Assembly: GCF_009914755.1 (NCBI RefSeq)
Contig: NC_060929.1
DNA length: 64,000 nt
Strand: one strand, 5' to 3'
From: the human T2T-CHM13v2.0 reference genome, Homo sapiens
Of this stretch, positions 30,639 to 41,500 are shown piece by piece (the first letter of the stretch is position 1; each line of letters opens with the position of its first letter). The notes beneath the pieces were generated by a model. That model ran no database searches, was not told the DNA's origin, and saw only the letters and a list, made by a program, of their open reading frames with translations. The translations under genes were made by a program, and so were the position numbers.

Positions 30639-31817
30639 TTCCTTCTAAAATCTGTAGAAAACTAACATTTGTTGGAGACACAGGGATTCAATAGTGTTAT
30701 GCTTATCTGTCCAAAACCCGTATATAGTAACAAAAAAAGCAAAAGGTAGTTCCAAGATGTTTACAGTGTTTATGGCAGAGCACATTTATGCACAAGAATT
30801 TAAAATTTAATATAATGATATGACTCAAAATGACTCAAATTGATACTAAAAGATGAAACAGTTATCCCAAAACATAGCTGCATTTTGCACATCAAATAAG
30901 GCAGCATGCAGAGGTTAAAGTACAGCAGATCTGCTCCCAAACCTAGTTAGTGGATATACAGAGACACATTCTGGCAGGGCTGAGGTTACTTGCCACCAGC
31001 CCCTTTATATTTATCTTTCAAGGTGAACTGGATCACAAAGAGATTTTATTGACCGTCTGTGAGTTTACCACTTTATCATAATGTTAAAATCAATAAAAAC
31101 ATGTTGTGTATAAGTCACCTCTCCGTTCTGAACCAATTAAGAAATATCAGATGGAATTATAAAGATAGCATCCACTTTACTGCTAGTGGAGCTGAATTAT
31201 CACCTTGGGCTAGATACCAAAGCAGCTACCCTGCTACTTCACTTTCTGCGTGGGAATTTCCCAACTGGACAAGGGGCTGGAATGGAGTCCACCCCTTTGA
31301 CACCTGCCCAAGGTGGAGGCGACAAGGAGGAAATGTGCAGCTTCACAGTAGCCTTGCATCATGCACTGACCTTCAACACATCCATTCCATCCCAAAGCGG
31401 GACCAGCTGGTGACACAAGCCCCCACTGGTGACAAGGAAGTAAAAGTAATACAGAGGGAGCCTAGAAAAGGCAATCTAATATTACTACCTGCAGGGGAAT
31501 GGCAGTGATGGGGAAATCAAGTGCCCTCACAACACAGACATCCAAGCCCTACTATTCAGCAGTGAATGAAATGGTAGGCATATTTACAGCCTTAGTTTGA
31601 GAGCAAAGAAAAACAAACAGAAACGCTGGAATTGATTAAACATGCATTGAAGTCCCATCCTAGTTTTAAGTTAAAATAGCAACTTTTAATGATAAAATTC
31701 TCTCACTCTTATGACCTCTTTGTGAGAAAAAATTGTGAGAAATTTTAAATAACCTCTGCACTGCAAAAAACCACAGCAGTAATATCAAATATCATTGAAC
31801 TAGTAAACATAAGATAG

Positions 31818-32333
31818 CAGTCTGAGGGGAATATGTGCCAGAATCCCCAAAACCGCAGAAAGTACCAAATCCTCTATATACACTAGGTTTTTTCCTACAC
31901 ACACATACCTATGATAAAGTGAAATTTATAGTTAGGCACAGTGGGAGATTAACAATAACTAATAATACAATAGGACAAGTATGATATACCAGCATCGCTA
32001 CTCTTGTGCACTGGAGCCATTATTAAGTAAAATAAGGGTGATGTGAACACAAGCACTGCCATATCCCAACAGGGGACCCCATCACCAAGACAGTTCATAA
32101 GTGACTACAGGGTTGCAGGGAGCAGAGACAGCATGCATTCCCTGGAGAAAGGGGTAATTTACATCCTAGGTGGGAAGGAATGGGACAGCGAGATTTCAGC
32201 ATACTACTCAGAATGTCACCTAAGTTAAAACTTATGAATTGCTTATTTGTGTAATTTTCTATTTAATAGTTTTAGACCACAGTTGACTGTGGATAACTGA
32301 AACCTGAAAATTGAGGATAAGAGGGGACTACTG
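31818..32333 (-). mobile_element. MER44-like TcMar-Tigger element
   Basis: Ends ggataagaggggactactg-TA, the reverse complement of the MER44 terminus; the internal sequence matches too. Confidence 0.8.
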
Positions 32334-32965
32334 TAATGTTTAACTCACGAAATTGATACCACAATCCCTTACCCAGATAGCCTGTACTATTCCCAGGTAA
32401 ACACCATCATTAATTTTCAAAGGAAAATATAACCCAGACATCTTTTAAGTTACATATGAAAGAATGGAAATGTACCAGTGATGAGGTGATTCTTTCAAAC
32501 AATTGTGAAAAAAATACATAAATAATCTAATCACAAATTGGTTTGCCCATGTAGAAAACAAAGAAGAATTCTGACCTCATATAGTAATCATGACTACATC
32601 CTTTCACTTAAGTGGATAACTTAAAAATAATTTTCCTATGGAATCACAAAACCTCTGTCCCTTCAGAAGCAAAGGTTTCTAAATTGTTCAATCATTCTGG
32701 TAGAAACCTTTGTTGTTCAGGGTTTCAAACTCTAAGTACAAGCTAGCTGTTAGACGATTATACGTAGTTCTTCAACTTCAAAACTACCTCCCTCTTCCTA
32801 CAACCTCAATCTTTGCTTCCTAACCCCTAATTCACTATTGAATTTTTGTAAGAACACTGCTATTTATGGTTGCTTCTCTGAAAATACATAATTCAATTTG
32901 AAATATTCATACCCTGGGAAAGAAAACTGCTGCCCAAAGCATTTTACACATTTGGGATTAATGAA

Positions 32966-33330
32966 TATAATGGACTGAATCTTTGTGCTTCTCTCCCACA
33001 ACCAAATCCATATGTTGAAGCCCTAACTCCCAATGTAACAGTATTTAAAGCCAGGGGCCTTTGAGAGAAAATTATATTCAGATGAGGTCGTGAGGGTTGG
33101 GCCCTCATGATGGGATTTTACCGTCCGTATAGCAGGGGAAGAGATGTCACAACTCTGCCATGTGAGGGCACAGCAAGAAAGCAACTGTCTGCAAGCCATC
33201 AAGAACCCAACCCTGCTGGCAGTCTGATTTTGGACTTCCCGGCTTTCAGAACTGTGGGGAATAAATACTGCTGTTTATAAGTCACCCAGACTACGGTATT
33301 TTGTTATAGCAGCACCAGCAAACTAATAAA
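32966..33330 (+). mobile_element. MLT1A-like MaLR LTR
   Basis: tatgttgaagccctaactcccaatg; gccatgtgagg; ttttgttatagcagc. Confidence 0.85.
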
Positions 33331-33709
33331 GTAATCTTGAATAGACTCAAGACTATACTAGGAAGATTCAATAACTCATGGAGTTTCCCCTCCATAAATC
33401 AAGACCAGAAAGTAATCAAGGTTATCAAGACCAAATGTTGGTTCACCAGCAAGTTTGCTTTTGCTTCCACACAATCTCACAAGGAATATCCTTGATAAGG
33501 AATAAAACAGATGAAATTGTGAAGAAAGTGTATAAATTCTCTAATTTTGTAACAGCTATAGCATGACTAAGTAACATTACTAAATGACTCCCATTTATAA
33601 GATCTTCAACCTGGTGCTATTCATACAAAGAAGTGGAAGACACGATCATTCCCTATCCATGGTCCCTTAGAATATGGGCAGAATCTGTAATGGTATGATT
33701 TCAGATAGA

Positions 33710-33901
33710 TAGGTAGAAAAAGAGGAGAGGAGGGAGGAGGCAGGAGGGAGGAGGCGGGAGGCAGCAGGGAGGAGGTGGGAGGCAGGAGAGGGCAGGAAAG
33801 GCGGGGAGAGGGGAGAGTGGAAAGGGGAGAGGCGAGAGGGGAGGAGAAGAGAAGAGAGGAGAAGAGAAAAGAAAAGAGAAAAGAACGAAAAAGGAAAAAA
33901 G
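33710..33901. repeat. Polypurine low-complexity tract (GGA/GGCAGG grading into GAAAA)
   Basis: Directly visible. Confidence 0.95.
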
Positions 33902-35240
33902 ATTTTATATATAATCTTTCAACTTGGGTCAAAGGTGACTTGGGTCAAAACACAATTCACAGAGAAGAATTCCATCTAAGAGTCAGCAAGTCTAACATTT
34001 AATCATAGGGTTAAAATCAATATAATCATATTCGCAACAAATTGACTGTGTATGTATACACATGCACATATAATTAAAAAGCACATAAATATTTAAACAA
34101 AAGAGAAGGATTACTTTGCAAGGGAAATAAAGCTGGGAGAAATAGTCCAGTAGCCTGATCTGGGTAAAAGACTGCTTTTAAAACACACCACATTATTAAA
34201 TGCTCTTAAAAGCATTTAATAATGATGTAGATTGAAAAGGTGTTCAAAGCTAGCATTGTTTAAGTTTATACATTAGGCGCTTTAATTGGCATTGAGTTAT
34301 AAACAATTTCTAAATTTCGTTATCTCAATGTTAACTTTTAAAAGTAATTTTAAATTATTATTATAAATCAAACATGAAAGAAATAAGCCACATTTAACAT
34401 CATGACATTTAGTCCAGCAAACTTGCTGAATTCCCTTGTTAATTATGACAGTTAAGACCTTAGAGTCCCTTGAAATTTGTAAGTAAATATTATCTGCACA
34501 TAGTTTTAAGCTTTTCTTCTTGTTCCTGCCCATGCTTCTTATGTCTATTCTTATTTTATAGCAATGACTGAGGTTAAAGAAGTGCTGTTAGCAGATATTC
34601 TTTTATTTTTGTGTCAGAAATGGGATTATAAGCCTTAGATTTCAGTATTATTTAGCCTAAGAATGTTTTAATTCCTGGTTCACTAAGAGATACTAATTAA
34701 GTCTGATATTGAAATGTATCGTTTTTAAATGTGAAATATGCATATTTGTAATAACTGATTTTCATCTTTCTTTCATTTTACTCCATTGCCATTATTTTCC
34801 TAATTTCTTGAGATGAGTACTTAGTTCACTAATTAGCAGTTATTCTTTTCTAATAAATTTCCCTCTGTGTACTAAACTAGCTATATTCTTTGAGTTTTGC
34901 TATTTGCTGTTTTAATTGGCATCCAGTTATAAACAGTTTCTGAAATTCATTATGATGTCTCAAAGTTAACTTTTAAGAGTAAACTTCTTAGAATCATCAT
35001 TATAAATCAAGCCTATAAGAAATAAGCATATGTAATTTTTAAAAGAACCATATTTTGAAATATAAGCACATAATTTTTAAGCTGTGTTACCAATATTTGA
35101 ATACGCTTGAAGATTAACTCTGATATTTAAAGTATCTAATATTGAGAAGCTTTCATTTCATATTACTGCCTAATTCACAGCAAGAAAATCAAGGTTTGCA
35201 AAAAAAATTTCCCACCTTCAATAATGATAGTTGTCGACAG

Positions 35241-35270
35241 CACCATCACCATCATCATCATCATCATCAT
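35241..35270. repeat. (CAT)n microsatellite
   Basis: Directly visible. Confidence 0.9.
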
Positions 35271-36860
35271 ATTCTACCAAGAGGTATCATTTCTCTTTAA
35301 GACAAAATATAAGACTATCAAAATCTGAAGGACAAAAAGACTTTTCTTTCATTTGGGAAGAAGTGCTATAGAACAAAGAGAGGAAAAATACAATTTCAAA
35401 TTATTAACATCAAGTTTCATTAAACTATATATAAATCCATCTAATATATAAAAATATTTAAGTACCAAAGAGCAGCATGCAAAATTCTGAGACTTTGTAT
35501 ATGGCAGAAACAAATAAATATATCTTGTGTATAAGAAAAGAAATGTAGAAGGCAATTATCTTCTACTCAAGCTTTCTTCTTTTGAAAGTGTGGTACAGAA
35601 TAGCTTAACAATTTTGTACACACACACAGACACACAAAGGAACAGAAATTGTAAAAGCAATCAGAAACACTCAAAAATGTGATTATATCCTTTCTAGTTT
35701 TTCATTTTATATTTGAAAAACTATAGCGGTATATATTAACAAATGTGGTATACAATTTTATATATAAATAACTCCATTATAAATATTACACATTTTCTGG
35801 CTCTGATCCCTAAAGAATTTCTTCTACCTCTTCTTTACTCTCTCTCCTCACCAAGATGTGTTATTTCTTACAAAAGTTTGCTGGCTTGTCTCTGGGATGA
35901 GCTCCCAAGAGACAAGGTCAGGCCCAAGTAAGGTAGGGTTCACAGGAGCCCAAGAAACAATAGCATTTGTACCTTCAGTTTACTTCAAATCTTCAGGATA
36001 GATCAATACATAGAGAAAACAGATGCAAATGTTTGGCAGTGTTCTATACCCCAGATCTCAAACTGAATACAACTGCACCAGAAACCTGTTCTAAGGCTTG
36101 AACAGCTGGGAAAGTGACTAGATGTTATTTCCGGAATCCTGAGCTGAAGTTTGCAGTGTAAGATCCACTGACCGTGAAATTCGGTGTCTACACCTTTTCA
36201 GGTTATTATTTGCTAAGAGTCCTTGCTGCTTCATGCACGTTAGCAGTCACTCACTGTGGAGACTCACTCTAGTCCAGCCTCAAACCTTCCCACACCATAT
36301 TTCCTGAGACACCAACAAAGAAAAAGCATCCAAAGAGAGAAGGAAGCATGTGGACATTGGGGCACCATCATTTGCAAGGTGGGGAAGGGAGATGGGGCCT
36401 CATGGGAGTTTCGCTGCTAGCCTGGATGTCTCAAATTAATAACATTTTTCATTTCTGTGTCTGCAATTGCACTGGAAGCTTTTACAGGGTTCTTCAAGGC
36501 CTCCTCGCTCTTTGATTGCCTCTGCCAGCTCCAGCCGCCCCACATGGCAGAGCTGCCTGCAGTGCAGCCTGTGGTTACCATGGAGACAGTACCCCACGGA
36601 AGAGAAAGGGTGAGGCAGATGCCAAGTGGCACCGCAGAACATGATTGCAGCACCACGGAGCCCCAAGTACTCGGGACAGATGTGTCTATGAAAGGAGAGG
36701 AAGGTGGAGGGATGACAGAGCAGCAGAGCTGTGGGGCAGACAGGCTACGGGAGACAGAGGGAGATACAGTTAAAATTGTCAAGTGTTTCTGGATATGATT
36801 CACTGTTTCTACCAAAATGAAATATAAAAATCAGAATTTCAAGTGTATTAAAAAATTAAA

Positions 36861-36926
36861 TGTGTATATATATATATATATATATACATATACACACACA
36901 CACAAACATATACATACATACACATA
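36861..36926. repeat. (TA)n/(CA)n compound microsatellite
   Basis: Directly visible. Confidence 0.9.
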
Positions 36927-37329
36927 TGCCTGTGCATGGGCATATACAAAATACAAGAAAAGTTTGATTTGCCTTTTCTTAACATCTGGGAACAGCATTT
37001 ATAGAAAGGTTAGTTTCCATGGAAATCTCAAAAACCAGCAAGATGGCTCTGGAGCATGCTACCATTTTATTTGAGCACATTATTGTAATAATATTTCCAA
37101 TCACAATTCACATCCTATTCTGTACCATTGATAAGCTTTTGACATTCTTTTTCTCTTATACAAAAATCTCGTTTCTATTTTATGTACAAGAATTATGAAA
37201 CAAGACTTTTTTACTAATAAAAACTATAGGTTCGCAAAGAGTAGCTCTCAAAATGAAAGTATATATATGCTATCCAATTCTCAAAGTACACAAATTCTCA
37301 AAAGTACACAAAATGCTTTTTCTATGATG

Positions 37330-37675
37330 TGGGTAGGGCTGTTCTCCAGTATTTCATTTCTTCATCCTCTGGGCATATGGAAGGACTGGACTTCCCTCTC
37401 CCTTCAGAGCTGGGCATGGTCACATGGCCCACTCGGCCTGACGAAATAGGGACATACGACTCAATTTTCCAGGTTATTTCCCTATCTCCATGGCTATGGA
37501 AGATTGTGCTGAGATGGAGGATCCACTGTCCTGGGTTCTGGAGTCACCACAACTGTCAAACTCTCCATTCAACTCTTGCCAATCCATGCCAAAAATGTAC
37601 CAACTTTTACTCTTGTGGGCTGCTGAAACCGGGAATTATTTGTTAAAGCAACCTAACTTAATTCATCCTGATACA
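37330..37675 (+). mobile_element. Old MLT1-type LTR fragment
   Basis: gggcatggtcacatg..; tttgttaaagcaacctaacttaattcatcctgataca end. Confidence 0.5.
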
Positions 37676-37998
37676 CAACCCCCCTTATTCAATTATAAAA
37701 TATTTTCATGAAGACATTATGCTCATGTGTAAGAGGGGCCCAGAAATTTATAACATATTCTCTTTTCAGGGTCTGCCAAGTTAGGAAATGATTACTATAA
37801 AAGGTAATATGTGAAATATTCCATAATAAACGGAAAACAAAAGTTCTGTAAGAGTTCACTTTGGGCAGAGGTTAAGACTAGAATGATTAACACAACAAAG
37901 TGCATTTAAGATGGTAATTTTAAAGAGTTAATAAGTCAAGAAGAAGGCCTTCTATCACAAGTCAGGTGTGGGGGTCTATGACATGGAATAAAGGCTCA

Positions 37999-38049
37999 AC
38001 TACTACTACAACCACTACTACTGCTACTAGTACTACTACTACTACTACC

Positions 38050-38084
<35 letters not shown>

Positions 38085-38486
38085 CACTACTACTGCTACT
38101 AGTACTACTACTACCACTACTCCTACTATCAGCACTACTACTACTACTACTGCTACTAGTACTACTACTACTACCACTACTACTATCACCACTACTACTA
38201 CTCTACCACTACTACTGCTACTAGTACTACCACTACTACCACTACTACTACCACCACTACTACTACCACTACTACTGCTACTAGTACTACTACTACCATT
38301 ACTACTACTACCACCACTACTACTACCACTACTACTGCTACTAATACTACTACTACTACCACTACTACTACTACCACTACCACTACTACTGCTACTAGTA
38401 CTACTACCACCACTACTACTACCACTACTACTGCTACTAGTACTACTACTACTACCACTACTACTACTACTATTATCATTATTATT
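37999..38486. repeat. Complex (ACT/ACC)n trinucleotide array with a recurring GCTACTAGT marker
   Basis: About 480 bp directly visible; it gives rise to the poly-Thr, poly-Leu and poly-Val ORFs. Confidence 0.97.
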
Positions 38487-38554
38487 AAAGGGAATGAATT
38501 GTAGATCCCCTTGTGCCCAAGAAACTCTGCATGGATAAATTAACTTGATTTTTT

Positions 38555-41500
38555 CATTTAATTTTTAATTGCCACCTAAGAATTATACATATTTATGGCA
38601 TACACGTGCTATTTCAATACATGTATACAATGTGTAGTGATCAAATTAGAGTAACTGGCATGTCCATCACTTCAAACATTTATTACTTCTTTGTGTTGTG
38701 AACATTCAAAATCCTCTCATCTAGCTATTATTGCTAACTATAGTCACCCTACTGTGTTACAGAACACTAGAACTTATCCCTCATAGCTAAATGTAATGTT
38801 GTACTCATTAACCAACTTCTCAGTATCCCTCCCTCCCCACTATCCTTCTCATCCTCTGGTAACCACTATTCTACTCTCTACTTCCATGAGATGAAATTTT
38901 TTAGCTCCCACATATGAGTAAGAACATGCGGTGTTTGTATTTCTATGCCTGGCTTATTTCATTTAACATAATGTCCTCTAGGCTTTTCCATCTTGCTGCA
39001 AAACACAAGATTTCATTCTTTTTTTATGTATTCATTCATCCATCAATAGACATTTAGGCTGATATCATATATTGTTTATTGTGAATAGTGCTGCAATAAA
39101 CATGAGAACATAGATACCTCTTGAACATACTGATTTCCTTTCCTTTGTATAGATACTCAAAAGATTGCTGGACCATATGGTATTTTTATCTGTAGTTTTT
39201 TGAAGAACTGCCCTACTTTCATAATGGCTGTACTAATTTACATTTCCACCGACAGTGTAAAAGAGTTTCATTGTCTCCACATTCTTGCCAGCATTTGTTA
39301 TATTTTTTCTTTTTGATTATATCCATTTTAACTGGGTTGAAACGATAACTCATTGTGGTTTCAACTTGAATTTCCCTGATGATTAGAGCTGTAGATCATT
39401 TTTTCATGTACCTGTTAGATATCTCTATGTCTTTTTGATTATTTGCCCATTTTTACTTGGATTATTATTATTATCATTATAACTGCTGTTGAGATTCTTA
39501 TATATTCTGGATATTTACTCCTTGCCAGATGGATAGTTTGCAAATATTTTCTTCCATTCTGTATACTGTCTCTTCACTCTATTGATTGTTTCCTTTACTA
39601 TACAGAAGTTTCTTAGTTTAATATTGATATGATCCCATTTATGTATTTTTGCTTTTATTTCCTATGCTTTTGAAATCCTATCCAAAAAATCTTTGCCCAG
39701 ACCAAAATCATACAGCATTTCACCAATGTTTTCTTTTAGTAGTTTCTTAGCTTCAGGTATTACAGTTAAGTCTTTAATCAGTTTTTGAGTTGATTCTTCT
39801 ATATGCTGAGAGACAGGGTTCTAGTTTTATTCTTCTGCAGAATAAAGGATAATAAATAATAAGGGTCTAGTTTATACCGAAGAATCTCTCTCAACATATA
39901 CAAATATATATATATAGTTTTCCCAGCAGCATTTATTAAAAAGCATGTATTAAAAAGATTGTCTTTTCCCCCACTGTGTGTATTCTTGGAACCTTTGTCA
40001 AAAATCGGTTAACCAGAAATACATGGATTTATTTTGGTGTTCTGTTTCATTGGCCTATGTGTCTGTTTTTATAACAGTACTATAGCTTACTACAGTACTG
40101 GTTACTATAGATTTATAGTATATTTTAGAGTCAGGTAGTGTGATGCCTCCAGCTCTGTTCTTCTTGCTCAGGATTGCTTTGGCTACTTAGAGTCTTTTGT
40201 GGTTCCATAAAAATGATATAATTGTTGTTTCTATTTCTGTGAAGAATGTTATTGGCATTTTCAGCATGATTGAATTGAATCTATAGATTTCTTTAGTAGT
40301 ATGGACATATTAATTTTAACATATTAATTATTCCAATCCATGAACATGGGATATTTTTCTATTTTTGTGTCCTCTTCAGTTTCTTTCATCAATATTTTAT
40401 AGTTTTAATTGCTGAACTATTTCACCTGCTTTGTCAAATGTATTCCTAAGATTGGGGGGTTTGGTAGCTATTGCAAATGGGATTACTTTCTTCATTTCTT
40501 TTTCTGACTGCTCACTGTTGGGCATATAAAAATGCTACGATTTTTTTATTGGTCATTTTGTATCTTGAAACTTTACTGCATTTATCACTTATTTTATTAT
40601 ACTTCAAGTTCTGGGATACATGTGCAGAATGTGCAGGTTAGTTACATAGGTATACACGTGACATGGTGGTTTGCTGCACTCATCAACCTGTCACCTACAT
40701 TAGGTATTTCTCCTAATGCTATCCCTCCCCTACCGCCCCACACCCTGACAGGCCTCAGCATGTAATGTTCCTCTCCTTGTGTCCACGTGTTCTCCTTATT
40801 CAGCTCTCACCTATGAATGAGAACATGTGGTGTTTGGTTTTCTGTTTCTGTGTCAGTTTGCTGAGAATGATGGTTTCCAGTTTCATCCATGTCCCTGCAA
40901 AGGACATGAACTCATCTTTTTTATGGCTGCATAGTATTCCATGGTGTATATGTGCCATATTTTATTTATCCAGTCTATCACTGATGGGCATTTGGGTTGG
41001 TTCCAAGTCTTTGCTGTTGCAAACAGTGCTGCAATAAACATACGTGTGCAAGTGTCTTTATAGTAGAATGATTTACAATCCTTCGGTTATATACCCAGTA
41101 ATGGGATTGCTGGATCAAATGGTATTTCTGGTTCTAGATCCTTGAGGAATCGCCACACTGTCTTCCACAATGGTTGAACTAATTTACACTCCCAACAACA
41201 GTGTAAAAGCATTCCTATTTCTCCACATCCTCTCCAGCATCTGTTGTTTCCTGACTTTTTAATGATCGCCATGCTAACTGGCATGAGATGGTATCTCATT
41301 GTGGTTTTGATTTGCTTTTATCTAATGAACAGTGATGTTGAGCTTTTTTCATATGTTTGTTGGCCACATAAATGTCTTCTTTTGAGAAGTGTCTGTTCAT
41401 ATCCTTCACACACTTTTTGATGGGGTTGTTTTTTTCTTGTACATTTGTTTAAGTTCCCTGTAGATTCTGGATATTAGCCCTTTGTCAGATGGGTAGATTG

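Noticed and set aside
36417-36815. Overlapping 113-132 aa ORFs
   Set aside because: No homology recognised; explained by locally higher GC content.
37962-38538. Mucin-like poly-Thr, poly-Leu and poly-Val ORFs
   Set aside because: Translations of the trinucleotide array, with no exon or promoter evidence.
29447-40598. Sense-strand L1 poly(A) signals as premature terminators of CTNND2
   Set aside because: AATAAA is common throughout this AT-rich intron, and nothing in the sequence singles these out.
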